Assembly (NCBI GenBank): GCA_004431415.1 | Contig: QPMI01000415.1 | Span: 186,001 to 250,000, forward strand | Length of the DNA stretch: 64,000 nt | Origin: Cyanophora paradoxa CCMP329 | Lineage: Eukaryota; Plantae; Glaucophyta | Direction of reading: 5' to 3' | In this document: one piece after another, positions 37,401 to 51,639 of the stretch | Layout of the letters: every line of letters begins with the position of its first letter | How positions within the stretch are numbered: position 1 is the stretch's first letter | The notes under the pieces: model-generated | What the model was told of the DNA's origin: nothing | The model's input: the letters and a program-made list of their open reading frames with translations, nothing else | The model's database searches: none | Made by a program: the position numbers and the translations under genes

Positions 37401-39989
37401 CCGCTCCCGCTCCCGCTCGCGGTCGCGCTCGGCGTCGCGGTCCCTGCTCCTGTGGACTTCCCGGTCCTTCTCCCTGTGCTTCTTGTGCTCTGCGGTACCC
37501 CTGAGCCACCCGCGAGCGCGGCGGCGGACGGCGGCCGGGTACGTCCCCCGCGCACCCTTGTCCTTCTTCTCCTTCTCGGGGGGTACGAGGGCGAAGGCGA
37601 GGCCGCCCTGCGCACGCGAGCGTTCGCCCGGCCTCAGGCACGGCGCGAACGGTCGACAAAAGAAAACCGCGTACCCGGTTGAGGGCGGCGTTGTGCTGCT
37701 TGAGGGCCGCGTCCATCTGCTCCTCCTGTACCCCCCGTTCCGTGAGCGGAGCTGTACCCACCCGGCCGGACTGCGCGTGGGGGTACGGGCACGCACGAAG
37801 AAGGCCTCGCGGCGGGCGAGCTCCGCCTCGAGTTCGGCGACGCGCGCCCGGAGCGCCGCGCCGCGAGCCTCCGCCTCCTCCTGCGCTCCCCTAAGAACGA
37901 GGCTTCTAGGAGGAGGAAGGGGAAGCGGCGGGCCTCGATGCGGGCTTTCAGGTCGCCCTCGAGGCGGGCCTGCACGATCTCCTCGAGCCGCGTCCCCAGC
38001 GCCCGCTCCGCCGCCGCCTTCTCCTGCACGCACGCCGCCGCCCTCTTTAGACTAGGAAGAAGGGAAGGGAAGAGGAGGAGGGCGGCGTACCGCGGCGAGG
38101 CGCTCGACGGAGGCCTCGTGCCCGGCGCTCGCCTTCAGCGCCGCCTCTGCGCCCCGAAAAGGAGAAGGGAGGAGATCAGCGGAGGAGAAGTAGGAGGAGT
38201 CGAGAAGTAGGAGCGGGGCGCCGCGCAGCGCGGCGCGGAGGGGCGGGGCGGAGTAGGAGTAGAGAGCGGAGGCGGAGGAGGAGTCGAGAAGTAGGAGGAG
38301 GAGTCGAGGGGTAGGAGCGGGGCGCCCTCCAAACAGAGGGGCGACCTCCACAACGCGTCGGGGCGCTGCGGACCGTACTGGGCGCGGAGGGCGAGGGAGC
38401 GCTCGAAGTAGCGGGCGGCCTTGTCGCGCAGCGCCGCCGCCAGCTCCTCCTGCGTCTCCTGCACCAGCCGCGCCCGCGCTGCCCGGCGGGGGGAGGGAGG
38501 TCAGACCCGCCATCATCGAGATCAAGAGCCGCGGGCGCCAGGAGGTCTAGGAATGTGCGGAGCGGGCGATACGAGCGCGGCTCCGAAGCGAGAACGAGGG
38601 GATCAAAGGGGCGCACAGGCCTCGTCCTCGGCCTGGCGCCGGGCCTCGGAGACGACCGCCAGGCCGTGCGCCAGCCGGTCAACCTGCGGAGAGGCAGGGC
38701 TCAGGAACGGCGGACGGGGCGGGGCGGGGCGGGAGGGGCGGGCCTCCTCGGCGAGGCGGCGGCGCTCGGCCATGCACCCCTGCAGCGTCTCCCCCCGGTC
38801 CTTCAGCGCCGCGTCTGCCCGAGGGAGGGTCAGAGCTGAGGGTGGGGTTGAGCGCCAGGCTGAGCGCACGGAGCTGGTCGATCTCGGACTGCATCTCGGC
38901 CTTCGTTCGCTCCAGGAGCATCACCTTCGCCTCCAGCACCTGCGGGGGGCGAGGGAGGCGGGGCGCTCAGCTTTCTTTCTTAGGGGAAGGGGGCAGGGAG
39001 GCGGTTGGCTCGCGCGCCTCCTCGACGCTGGGGGGCTTGACCATCGCCGCGGCGGCCGCCGCGTCGGCGGCGGCGAGCTCGGCCACTGACATGCCGGCGG
39101 GCGGGGCCATCAGCGCCGGCGCCCGCTCCGCCCCCGCCGACCGCACGCGCCGCCCCAGGCGCCGCCGCGCGGGGCCTGCGCGCCCGAACCGAGCCGCCGC
39201 GTCAGCGCTGCACGGCGGCGCAGCCAGCAGCCAAGCAAGGGCCCGCGCGCACCGCGCTCGGCGGCCATGCCGCCCGCCAGCGAGTCGCGCAGCTGCTCGT
39301 AGAAGGGCGCGGCGTCCGTCGCCGGGGCGGGCCCGGGGCCCTCGGCCTCCCGCTGCGCCCGCGCGTCGCGCAGCTTGGCCCGCCAGCGCTCCGTGATCTC
39401 CGGGTTCGGGTCCCGCTCCTCGTCCAGTAGCGGCCGCGGCGAGGGCGCGAGGCCATGGTCCCTGCGCCAAGCTTAGACTTAAGGCTAGGCCGCGGCGCGC
39501 GTAGCGCACGTCGACTCGCGGAAGTTCTCGTCGCCTTCTTCGATGGTGCTGGCCACGGAGATGTCCCCGGGGCCCCGCCGCCGCGTGGTGCGCTGCTGCT
39601 GCCGCTCGGGCGAGTCCCGCTCCTCGGCGAGCTCGTCTCCAGAGCCCGCGCCGCCGCCGCGGCCCCGCTGCTTGACGGGCGCTGCGGCGGCGTGGCCGCC
39701 TCAGCGTGTGGCCGCATGCATCGAGGCGGCTCTCGAACCTGAGACGGGGCGGGGCTTGCTTGCGTGCTGGAGCTCGACGTACGCCTGGACCTCCTCGCCT
39801 GGGGCAGGAGCGCTTAGCTAAGGGCAGCGGGCGGTGGGAAGCGCGCTGGAGCGCACCCTGAGCGGCTATCCAGCTGTCCGCGTTCTGTCCTAGCAGCCCC
39901 GACTCTATGAGCGGCTCCCGCAGCGGCGGGCGCCTGCTGATGCGGCCAGCAACCGTCAGGAACGCCCGACCGGCGTCCTGGGCCGCCAT
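34432..39989 (-). CDS. Large hypothetical coiled-coil/low-complexity protein with a helical C-terminal domain (may be more than one gene)
   Basis: Heptad-rich exons (LERTKAEMQSEIDQLR, LRARVAELEAELARRE) and C-terminal exons FLSTIAALYDDL, FWLGHRYGLPRLA, VSRLLHFLL. Confidence 0.4.
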
Positions 39990-40151
39990 GCTTGCTGGTT
40001 TCAGCGCTCCCGAATGAGCTTGCGGGGATACCGGATAACTGAAGCAAAGTCAGTGTCCTAGCTGCGGGCAGTGCCAGCAGGTTCCATCAACTTTAAAGCA
40101 TGATAGCTAGGTAGCGCAGCGCGTTTCCCCGGTCCCGGTGCTAGCTGAGCG

Positions 40152-43100
40152 ATGCCGGCGATGCAACCACACCCGCCAGCGACACCGAGGCAGCAGCGGT
40201 CGCTCTCAAGCGCGATATACCACGATCCAAATGAGACGCCTTCTGCCTTCAGGACGCCCCACAGGGCAGCCAGGTCGATCTCTCTGGCCGGCGCCCGGTC
40301 CATGCCCGTCCCGGCGAAAGGGAGCCCGGCGACGCTCCCCGGCACGCGCAGCTTGAACTTGGGCCAGCTTAAAGCGGCTCAGGCTCTTCTCCCGCCCACT
40401 GCGGCCAGCCCCCGCTCGCCCGCGAGCCCGCCTGAGGGCGTGGGCCGAACGTCGCCGCGCGAGCAAAAGCCGTCGCTCCAGACCTCCAGGATCAGCTCAG
40501 CAGAGGCCCTGAAAGCGGCGATCGAGTTCCGCGACCTGGCGAGAGGTGCGCGCGCCGCGCCGCCGCGCCGCCCCGGGAGGCCGAGCGAGCCCGGCCCCCT
40601 GCCGCCGCAGAGGTCGAGGAGAACAGGGAGGGCTCGACGCTGACGCAGAGGAAGATCGTCAACCTCGTCAAGGGGGTGCACAAGGCGACCGAGCGCATCG
40701 AGATGACGCTGCAGCGGCTGGAGGAGAGGGACGAGCGGGAGCGCATGAACCTCGCGGCGCAGAACCTCGACATCACGCTCAACGCCGCCAACGTGCGCGG
40801 CGCACGCACGTCGATCCCCTCTTCGAACCGCGCCCGCCGAGCCCCGCGCGCGCACACAGAGCCAGATGCGGGCGCTGAGCCTGATCGAGGACCTGGAGGG
40901 GCGCCGCGAGCAGATCGACTTCCTGCAGTCCTCCATCGCGACGCACATCGCCGCGCGGCGCGACGCGGCGTCCATCGTCGCGGTGGAGGAGCGCGACGGG
41001 GAGATCAAGCAGGCGGAGACGGCCGTGCAGGAGTGGGTCGGGCAGGTCGCCGCCGCGCTCGACGCCAAGGCCGCGCGCGAGAACTCCGTCGTCTCCATCT
41101 GCTCCAAGCTCTCCGAGAACCTCAAGCGAGCCCACCCACCGCCGCCTCCTCTTAATTCTACCTCTTCTCCTCTCGAACTTCGTTCGCAGGGAGATGTACA
41201 TGCGGGCTACGCGCGTGGTCGACGAGGGCCTCCTGCACGCCCTCTTCAAGCTCGACGTCCTCAAGTACTACGCCATCTCCGCCGCCATGGACCAGGACTG
41301 GCTGGCGCGCCCGCGTTCGAATCCGAGAGATTCGATCCGACCCGAGAGATTCGATCTGTCTGACTCCGGGACGGGCGCAGTACGGGCTGAAGTCGCTCCA
41401 GGAGGCGATTTTCGACGCGCAGCAGGAGGCCAAGCGGCACCAGCTGCACCAGGTGCGCGCGCGTGCCCCGCCTCGCTCTGATCTGCGCCACCGATTGGTT
41501 CCTGGAGCCCGCCTGACGCCCGTCCGCCCGCCCCAGGACGCGACGAAGGACGCGCTCCGGCGGCGCATCGACGCCCTCGCGGCGCGCGTCGCCGACCCCA
41601 TCGTCCTCTCGCTCCTCGTGGAGCAGGACGTGCCGGGCGCCGAGCGGGCCGACCTGCAGCGCGCCGACCTCTCCGACACGCGCGCGCTCGAGGAGATCGC
41701 CGCGCGGGCGCCGCCGCGGGCCGAGGGGGCGGATCCCTCGTTCCGGCGGCGCAGCCAAGCCGGCGCCGACTCCGAATCGCTGGAGCAGGCGCGGTCGGCC
41801 GTCGAGCGGCAGCGGCGGGAGCTGGAGGAGGCGACGCGGCGGGCGCGGGAGGCGGAGGCGCGCTACGCGGCCCGCGAGGGGCAGCTCGAGAGGGACTTCA
41901 AGGAGCTCCAGGCCGCCGCCGGCTCCCAGGACCTCCTGGTACGCGATCCAACTTCGTTCGCACTTCGCCGAGAACTTCGCTAACTTCGTTCGCTCGCGCA
42001 GGTGATCCGGCAGCTGCAGGGGACGGTGGCGGAGTGGCGGGCGCGGTGGGACGAGGCGCAGGCCGAGGTCGGCGCCTACCAGCTCCGCATGGTGCGCCGC
42101 AGCCGGGGCGGGCGGGCGGGCGGGCGGGCGGGAGAGGCCGAGCAGCAGCAGCGCCTGGATGGATCCCTAACCCCCTGGGGTCGGGGGCGGGCGCGCCGAG
42201 CCGAGCCGAGCGCCTAGACCCGCTCGATCTAGATCTGATCCGATCCATCTCGGGCAGGATGAGCGGGACGCGGAGATCGCGCGCAAGGCGGAGGAGCTGG
42301 AGGCGGCCGCCGAGCGCGAGCGCCGCCTCGAGGCCCGCCTCGCCGAGCTACGGGACCAGGCGCGCCCCCTTTTCTCTTCCTTCGATCTTCCTACGCTCTC
42401 CCTTCTTCTTACCTTCTCCTCCTCAGGTGCGGGCGCTGGAGGCCGGGGTGGAGGGCGACTCGTCGGCCGTCCTCGCCCGCGTCGCCGCCGCCGAGCAGGT
42501 GCCCCCGCCCTCCCCGAGCAGATAGCACACAAGGGACAAGAGATAGGACCGCGCCGCGCGGCGCCCTCGGCTCACGCGCGGGCGGGGGCGCAGGCGGCGG
42601 CGCACGCGTACGAGGAGCTCGACGCGGCGCGGCAGCGCCTCACCTCCGCCGACCTCCACGTGCGCCCGCCCCTTTCCCGTCCCGTGGCCGAAGCTTAGCG
42701 GAAGGCCGGGCTTCACATAGACCTTTATATAGGGACCGCCCAAAGATAGCGCGAAGGCTCTGTCTTAACGGAAGATAGCGACGAAGATAGACGACGAAGA
42801 TAGCCCAGATCTAGAAGATAGCCGTCTTAGAAGGCCGGGCGATTGCCGAGGACGAAGACGACCCTCGTACAAGGCCCTAGGGGCCTTCCTAAGATCCCAA
42901 GAGCCCCCCGGGCCCTGTTCTACTCTGCGAGACGCGGGCCTGCTATGACTCTAAGATAATATGAAGAAGAAAGACTTGTCTTGGAGCCCAAGACCGTCCA
43001 AGCCTACGACGGCCTAAACCGCGGCCCGGGCTGAGAGGCGGCCGCGGGCAGGTGCGGGAGCTGGAGGCGGAGGTGGTGCGGGCGGCCTCGGCCCAGCCGC

Positions 43101-45007
43101 CCCCCTCGCCCGGCCCGGGGACCGAGGACGAGGGCGAGGACGGCGCCCACTCGCCCCCTCACGGCCACCACAGCACCCTCGCCGTCCCCGTGCGTTCCAT
43201 TCTTCTTATCCTTTGCTCGCTCTTATTCTTCGTGCGTAGGGCCAGGAGGGCCGGCCCAAGTCGGGCGTCAAGGGCAGCAGCAAGGGCGGGCAGGGCGGCC
43301 GGAAGCGCTCGAAGCAGGGGGCCGGGGCCCACGAGAAGGCGCTGGCGCCGCCCAAGGCCGCCGCCGAGCGCCCCGTCTCCGCCGCCTCTTCCGTCGCGTC
43401 GGCCGCCTCGGCGGTCTCCGTGGCCGTGGGGGGCGGAGGCGGAGGAGGGGAGGAGGAGGAGGTCATGGAGTCGGACGTGGACGCCGAGCCGTTCCCGACG
43501 TACAAGCGCGGGCCCGGGGGCCTCCTCATCGCCATGCGGGGCGCGCCCGCCCGCCTCTCCCCCCGCCCCGCGCTCTTCTTCTTCTCAGGCGGCTCCGCAG
43601 GGGTACCGGTGCAGACGGACGACGAGCTCGTCGAGCCGCTGCTCATGGACCGGTACCCCCCTACCCCTACCCCTACCCCCCCTCCGTCTTCCCCCCACCC
43701 TGAACCCGGACCAGGGTACGGGCGTTCCTGCTGGCGGAGGACGAGTGGAAGTCGTACACGGGGGAGCCGAAGATCCTAGCGGCCAAGTACTCCGTCGGCC
43801 GCACGGTGAGGCCGTACCCCCCATCCGCCCACCGTGGAAATTCAGACCGCTGAGCGCGCCGCTGTTCGAATTCGCAGTCGGCGCTGACGCTGGAGGAGAA
43901 GGAGCGGCTGCGGAAGCAGCGGTGGCGGGCGACGCGGGACGAGATCCGCCTCGAGATCGTCCGCCGGCACCAGGCCGCCGAGGCGCTGCACGGGCCCATA
44001 AGCCTCAGGGCCGCTGGCGGCGCCGGCGCCTTCGGAGCCGGCGGCTTCGGGGCCGCCGGGACGCCAGGGATAACGACCCCGGGCGGCCTGAGCCTCGTGC
44101 CGGCCACGCCCGGGGCCTCGTTCTGGCGCCTGGGGGGGGAGCTCTCCAGCGTCTCCTCCCGCCTGACCGTGACCTCGACCCCCCGCACCGACCCCGAGGC
44201 CGCGGCCGTCGTCGTCGTACCCGCCCCGGCCTCCTCCGCCGCCCCGGCCGAGGGCGTGACCCTCGTCCTGCCCCCTCTCAAGCAGCGGAAGGGCGGCCAG
44301 GCGTCCGGCGCCGCCGCCGGCGGGGCCGCTCCCGGCGCCCCCGCTTCGTCCCCCCCCTCCTCCTCCGGGGCCCTCGCCGCCCGCCCCACGCTCTTCACCG
44401 TCATAACGGAGGGCTCCGAAGAGGGGCTCCCGGACTCCCGCGCCGCTTCCCCGCGCGCCGGCTCCGCCCCGCACGGGCCCCGCACGCCGCAGCAGGGGGC
44501 CCGCCGCGGGTCCGCGCCGAACGCCAACGAGAAGCCCGGCAGCCCCCTCCCGACCGTGCGCCTGCAGAGGCCCGCCGGCGCCGCCGCGCCCGCCCGCTCA
44601 CGCCTCGCTCAGGTATTTCCGGAGCTGGCGCCCTCCTCGCCCGAGACGGGCGGCGGCCGAGCCTGCCGGGGGCGGGGCGGGCGCCGAGCCCGCGGCGGGG
44701 GTCGGCCCCCGGCCTCTCCATCCCGCCGGGCGTCGCGAACAGCAAGGCGGCCGAGGAGCTGCTGAGCTCGTGGCGCGAGGCCGGCGGCCGCGACGCGCTC
44801 GCGAACGCCGCCGCCGTCGGGGGCGAGATCGAGGAGCGCGCCAAGGCGAGTCTTCCAACTCCGCCTTCCCGCCCCGCCCCGCCGCTGACGCCCCGCCCGC
44901 TTGCGCAGCAAATGCTGCGCTCGCTGCCCGAGTTCCGGAGCAGCCCGGCCGCGCCCTCCCCCGCCCCGCCCGCCGAGCCCACCCTGCAGTCCTGGGGCGG
45001 CCGCTAG
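40152..45007 (+). CDS. Hypothetical coiled-coil protein, multi-exon
   Basis: Exons such as IEMTLQRLEERDERERMN, LEQARSAVERQRRELEEA and TLEEKERLRKQRW with GT/AG boundaries; family not recognised. Confidence 0.45.
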
Positions 45008-45071
45008 CCCCGGCCCTAATTAAGCCCTAAGTCTGTACAACGAACTAATCTACTAAACTGATCACAAAGAT

Positions 45072-46235
45072 CTAGAGCTCTTCTGCTTCGTTCTCAGTCG
45101 AGCTCCTCGGGCTCCACCCCCTCGTCCAAGTCTTCCACGTCTGCCGCCGACCTCCGCGGCTGCCGGTTCTGGTAGCTGCGGGGGGTAGGCGATATCGATT
45201 AGATTCAGGGGTAGGGGATTCAGTTCCCGGGGGTACGCGATTGCGAGGAAGGGGGGTACGCACTTGAGCTCGGCGATGACCTCGGTGGCCTCCGTGAACT
45301 GCTCGACGACGACGGCGCTCTTGCAGCCTACGGGGGTATAACGGTCACGGTTCGCGGGGGTACGGTCATCTTCAAACGGGCTCGCCGGCGAATGGGCACG
45401 CGGCGCTGGGCTTCTTGTTCAATTTGGCCCGCTTAACGTAGTCCATGATGCACGGTCGGCAGTAGCAGTGGGTGCACGCGCTGCCCCGCCGCGTCAGGCG
45501 CGCGCGGGGCGAGGGGCAAGGGGCGCGAGGAGGGGGCCGCCGCACTTCTTGACCGGGTCGCGCTCGGCAGCCATCTGCTGGGAGCAGAGCGGGCACTTCG
45601 TCACGATCACTTGCGAGGCGGTGACGAGCTCCTCCTCCTCGTCCTCAGCCCGCGGCTGCGCCCCGGGCGGTGAGGCGCGCGCGCGGGCCGAGCGGCGCGC
45701 GCTCCGCGCCCCGCACCATCGCGTTTCGCCTGAACTCCTTGTACTTCTCGTGCGACTCGACCCACGCCTCGACGTCGCCGAGCTTCGCTCTTTCCTCGTC
45801 CATCTTTGCCTCCAGGTGCTTCTCCAGATCCACCTGCGCCGGCTCGGCTAAGCCAAGCGCGCGCGGGCGAGTTGCGAGTTCGGCGGGCGCACGTCTTCCG
45901 CCTTGGGCAGGGCCATCCCGAACTCGTGTTTGAGCGCAATGAGCGCTTGCCGCTCAACGTAATTTGCGTACAGCGTCCGCAGCAGCGAGCGCGCAGCCAT
46001 CTCTAGCTTCTTGACCTGCGCGGTTTGAAAAGAGCGCTCAGCGGCGAGAGAAGGCAGCTACAGGCGGCGGTGAGCGCGGCGGCGATCGGGGGCGCACGTC
46101 GTCCTCGCGCTTCAGCTTGCATAGGAGGGTGCCGGAGCTGAGCACGTCTTTCATGTGCTCGATCACCTTCCTTTCGTCTTCCCTTAGCCTCTTCTCCGTC
46201 TCATCCACCACTTGAGCTACGCCCGCCGGCGGCAT
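45072..46235 (-). CDS. NSE2/MMS21-like SUMO ligase (SP-RING-like) or related RING protein
   Basis: Helical N-terminus ending HEKYKEFRRNAM, acidic DEEEELV, then KCPLCSQ...DPVK-N..CTHCYCRPCIMDYV...ACPFAGC. Confidence 0.6.
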
Positions 46236-46636
46236 CTCGCTTCGCTTTCAAGTTCGGCGCGTTCGGGAGGGGGGCAGTTTCGAACCGGGTACGCATTCAA
46301 CCTTAGGCGAGCGCTGGGCCCTTCTCCTCGTTGCGACGCGCAGAGCGGAAGCAGGATGGAGAACGAATCTTTCGTGCCTGAAGGACCCGCCTCGAGGCGC
46401 GTCTGATCCGCGAGCGCTTGCGGTCGCTTGCCTGACCTGACAACCTTGCAATTGCACAGCCTCGACGACCCCGGGCGCGATGCAGCCGACGGTCACGACT
46501 CTCGGTGAGCTTTAGGCATTCCTTAAACGCGATAGAAGCGCTGCCGGCCGCCGACCGCGCCGTATGCGCGTTCGCTTGGCGCCATGCGCCTCGGATGCAA
46601 CGTGCGCGGACCTCTGATGACTCGTTCTGCAGGGGT

Positions 46637-49600
46637 ATGAAGCGCGCCTTGCTGGATCTGGACGACGAGGAGCACGACGCGTCCGGCGCCGGCGGGCAGG
46701 AGAAAGGTCACGCTCGCATGGGGGTCCCGGCCGACGACGCTGCCTCGCACGCGGCGCAAGACCCAATGGACGATGACCAGAACCACGCGGAACCGTCCGT
46801 CAAGCGCGCGCGGTGCGTTAGCGCCGCCAGGCGAATGTGCCATGTGCCAGGCGCATGCTCAGATCTAGATTGTCCCGGCCATGGCTCACAGCATGCGCAT
46901 GCGCAGCGCCTCTGGCGAGGCGGCGGTCGGAGAGGACAGCGGTCTTGTACAGTTTCCGACTCGCATCAAGGAGGAGCGCCCGCCGAGCCCACACGCGGAC
47001 GAAGAGCCGCAGTCGTCGTCCCGCTTGTCGGCCGCGGCCCATGGGGAGATGGACTACACGCAGGCGTCCCAGGCACCCCTGTTCGCTCCCGGCTCGAGCA
47101 AGGATCCGATCAAGGTGCGCGCCCGTCCGAGGGGGGCTATCGCGTTCGACCAAACGCACGTTCGCGCGGACGCGCAGCTCGACTGCAAGAAGAACACGCG
47201 CTGCTTCTTCTTCGACAAGCGCGCGCCGTACGTGTACGTGGAGGGCAGCGGCGTTCGCCCGCCCGGTGCGCGAGCGGCGCGGCGCGGCGCGGCGCGGCGC
47301 CCCCTCCGCCGCTCACGCGCCGCGGCGCGCCGGCAGAGTTCTACGACTCGCCCCCCGACGGCGGCTTCATCTGCGGGGTCTGCGGGTACGTCATTCTCGA
47401 GGGCCTCCACGTCGCGCACGAAGTCGCCGCCGAGGAGGCCGACCCCGAGCTCGACCACATATTCTGCAGGCGCGTCCTGTACCCCCCCCCACCTCCAGTC
47501 TTTTGTTTGTCTTTCTTATCGGGGGGCTCGTCCATCAGGGACCACCTCAGCTCGGTGGAGGTGATCCAGCGGTACCCCACCGGCAGCGTCCACAAGGTAC
47601 CCTGTACCCCCGCGCCCTGTACCCCCCCGGCGCCGCCTTGTTCGCGCACCCGCTCGCTGACCTCCGGTCCTCCCGCGCGCGGCAGTTCCTGTGCCCCTGC
47701 CGGGAGCTCTCCGAGGACGGGGGCGGCCTGGACGCCGCGTCGGGCAAGTGCGGCCTCATCGCGACGCGCTCGCGGGACCTGTACCGCAACAGGACGGCGA
47801 AGGAGTCGTGCAGGACGCACTGCGTCTACGGCATGCGGTGCGCGGCGCCGGCGCCGGCCCGGCCCGGCCCGGCCTCCGCCTGGCTCACGGCCTCCTCGTC
47901 CAGCGTCCTGCAGAAGGGCCCGGACGAGGTGGACTACGAGTTCGACCCGACCGGCTGCAAGGAGACGTTCCCCCCCGGGTGCCCCGAGTACCTGAAGGCG
48001 CGTGCCCCCCTCCCCGCCCAGCGAAACGAAGCGCTGACCGGGACGGGCGCCGCACGCAGCACATCGCGGTGTGCCCGTTCCGGCCTGCCCAGTGCCGCCA
48101 CAGCTGCGGGACGGCCGGCCTCCGCGCCTTCGAGATCGAGGAGCACGAGGTCCGCCGGCCCGCGCCTGCGCCCCGTGAGCGTTGTTCGCTCGTTCGCGGC
48201 TGACGTCGACGGCCGCGCGGCGCAGGCGGCCTGCCCCTGGCGGAAGCAGACGTGCCCGCACTGCCGGAACGACCGCATCCGCGTCATGGACTTCGCAGTG
48301 CGTCCGATCCGAAGCTTGGCCGAGCCCAGCCGAGCCGAAGCTTACGCTTAGCGGCAGGCGCACCTCGACGCCTGCGACGAGAAGGTCGTCCGCTGCAAGC
48401 ACGCCCCCAAGTGCCCGGCCTCCTTCCCGGTGCGCGGGGGGGCGGGCGGGCCGAGGCTAGGCCTAGCCTAGCTTCGCTTCGCTCAGCCGACGCCGGCGCA
48501 GCAAAAGGACGAGGCGGTGCACCTGGGGACGGTCTGCGAGCACGAGCCGGGCCCCTGCGCCTGGCACGAGCAGGGCTGCACCGCCCTCGTGCGCCCGTAC
48601 CACCCGCCCCGCCTTGCGCTTTGACTGAAGGGCGCGCGCCAGGTGTCGAAGAGCGGGCAGGCGGCGCACGACGCGGAGGCGAAGGAGGAGCACATCATGG
48701 GGACCGTCCTGGTTCGAAGGCCATCTATCGCCCCCCCTTCTCTTCCGTCCTAGAAGCGCCCCGCACGCGCGCAGAGGATGCGGGAGCGCGGGAGGGCCGA
48801 GTCCCAGCTGCGCGGGCGCGTCGCGGAGCTGGAGGCGGAGGTCGCCGCCCTCCGCGCCGAGGCGCGCGGCCCCGCCCCCGCCGCCTCTTCCTCCTCCGGC
48901 CCCGTGCGCCCCCGCCCGCTGCGCCGGCCTCCGCCGCTTCGCCTCCTCCTCCGCTCAGCCGACGCCTACCTACCCCCTGCCCAGCTCGCGGGGCGCGTCT
49001 CGGGACACGACGCCGCCATCTCCCGCCTCGAGGTCGGCTCTCTCTATCTTTCTCTCTCATCTCTCCCCGACGCCGCCGCTGACCGGCCGGCCACGCTCCT
49101 CTGCCTCCCTCCCGCAGGCTTCCCTCTCCGCGGTCAGCCTCAGCTGAGCGCTAAGCTCTGCCTTTAGCTTAACCTCTCCGCCCGCGCAGATGACCGGGCA
49201 GCTTGCGGGCGTGGCCGACGAGCTCAAGAGCGTGCGCCCGTCCCGCACGCCCGCCCGCCCCGCACGCCCGCACGCCCCCCTCCTTGCCCCCGCGCACCCC
49301 GCTCACCTGTCAAGGGGACGCAGGTTCTCAAGCGGCTTCACGGCAACCTCGACGCCGACACCGTGCGCACCGGCCCCGCCCCGCCCCTTCCGGACCGGCA
49401 CGCCGCCCGCCCGCCTCCGCGCCTTCCGAGCCGCCCCGCAGTTCGCCCTCACCGTTAGCTCTCTGGAGGAGCGCCTGGAGGGGGCCGCGGGGCGCGCCGA
49501 GCTCGAGGCTTCCCGGGCCGAGCTCGAGGCCTCCCGGGCCGCGCTGGAGGGCGTCCAGACCACCGTGTACCCCCTCGTCCAGCGCATCTGCGACTCCCTC

Positions 49601-50941
49601 GCCGCCGCCGCCGCCCAGGCACGCGTACCCCCCGCAACCTCTCCCCCCCCCCCAGCTCGAGTTCTGATCCCGGTACCCGTCCGTCCCAGGCGCCGGCGGA
49701 GAGGGAGGTCACCCTGAAGCTCCACAACACGACGGTCCGCCCTTTTTCAGCTTATGTACCCCTTGCTTCCTTTCTCATACTCCCCCTTCGCAGTGGGTCT
49801 GCACGGACCTGCCGCAGCTCCGCGCGGCGGCGGAGCAGGAGCGGATCAAGGTGCGCGCGCGCGGGCTCGAATCTCACCGGGTCCCCTTTCGGGCCCCTCA
49901 CGTCCGCCCGCCCGCCCGCCCCAGGTCGAGGAGATCCTCCGCTCCGAGGAGCTGGCCCCGCACCGCGAGCAGGCGCGCGCGCGGCCCTTAAGCTCTCCCC
50001 CCCCCCCCCCCCCCCCCCCCCCTTCGCCCTTAAGCTGCCCTTCGCCCCTTCCCTTCTCACGCTCCCTCCAGGTGGAGAGCATGCTGCAGGGCTTCGGGGA
50101 TCTCAAGGAAGCCATCCGCTCCCTCGAGGCGCGCTCAGATCAGATCTGATCTGATCCGATCCGATCTGATTCGATCCTCGCGCCTCGGATCTGACTTCCC
50201 TCGCCGCAGCTCGACGTGGGCAAGTACAACGGCGCGTACCGTACCCTCCTCGAGCACATGAACAAGGTCCGCATGCGTACCCCCCGGTGGTAGACCGCTT
50301 ACCCCGTTTGACCTCCACCCCGCAGGTCACGAACGCGATCAACGCGGTAGCCCCCGCCCTGCGCTTCTTCCCCCTCCCCAACACCGCCCGTTTACGGGGG
50401 TACGCAGATTCGCGAGAAGTCGCGCCGGCGGGCGGCGGGTGCGGCGGTTTCCCCGGCATCGCAATCGCAGGGCCGGCCGATGTCCCAGGCGGCCCAAGCG
50501 GCCCGCGCCCCGCAGGGCGCCGTGGGGGCGTCCCAGGGGGCAGCCGGCGCGGCCCGGGCGGCGGCGGCGGCGGCGGCGGCGCCCTCGGGCGCTGCGGCCG
50601 GCCGGCGGACCGTCAAGCTGGCCGAAGCGTCCGCGCCGGCCCGCGGGCCCCAGACCCGCGGGCGCCGCGGGGCCGCCGCCTCGTCCAAGGGCGCTCCCGA
50701 CCCCGGGGTACACGCACGCGTTTCCAGTACCCCCCACCCCCTTCTTCTCCTAACCCCGTACCCCCCGCAGAGCGGCGGGGAGCCGATCACGGTGGACAGC
50801 GACTCGGAGGGGGGTACGGCGGAGGCGCCGGCGAAGGCGCGGGGGCGGGGGCGGGCGGCGGCCTCGGAGGACGAGGGGGACGAGGAGGGCGAGGGGGAGG
50901 GCCGCGGGGACGAGGACGAGGAGGAGGAGGACGACGAGTAG
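46637..50941 (+). CDS. RING plus TRAF-type zinc-finger protein with C-terminal coiled coil
   Basis: FICGVCG..HIFCR (RING-like); repeated H...CPFRPAQCRHSC, HE..CPWRKQTCPHC, HLDACDEKVVRC, HLGTVCEHEPGPC..GC; coiled-coil exons; acidic tail. Confidence 0.65.
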
Positions 50942-51639
50942 AGCCCAAGGCAGCGGCCGGCTTTGAGCATGAGCAGTTCCCTCCTCTTTCCCCGCAGGCC
51001 TTCGGCCCGCCGCTTTGGCAGGACCTACAGCCTTTAGGCAACTGGCCCCTCCGTATCGGGGCCAACCCAACAGGCCACTGGCCCCCGGGCCCTCCCCTCC
51101 CCGCCGCCCAGCTGCAGGCGCGGTATCCAGGCCGCGCGCGCGCGTGTGTACGTATACGTATGGGCGCATCATCGGCAGTGTGAATGTTATGTTTTCGTGT
51201 TCCTTTTCTTCCAAAAACAGCTCTTTTATGTAAGCTTAAATATAACCTGCACAAAGAAAAACAGTGCTATACGTACATGAAAATTAAAGGGGACTACAAC
51301 TAGTATGCACAAGCCAAATGGTCTAGATCATGATCAAAGACTATCCAGACTATCAGAGACGCCGTGACGAGGCGAGTGGGGGTAAAGGGAAAGCGATTGA
51401 GTGGCTAGAAGGGCCAGCTCGGGAGGGCCCTAGGAGGCCTGGGCCAGGTCCCCCCCCGGGGGGGCTGCAGGGGGCGCCGGCTGCCCCGACACGGGGGTGC
51501 CCGGCGGGCTCGACGGCGTCGTGGTCCCCAGCGCTTGCTCTGTGAATAAAGCGGGAAGGCGGGGGGGCGAGCGAGGTCGGCAAAGAGGGGTGGGACGGGA
51601 GGGTGGCACGCGGACCGCTGGCGGCGCGGGAGGAGCTCG

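Noticed and set aside
35425-37682. Long overlapping Arg/Pro/Gly/Ala-rich ORFs here and at 4.6-6.2, 43-45 and 46.5-48.4 kb
   Set aside because: Shadow ORFs expected at very high GC; the real coding sequence is split into short exons.
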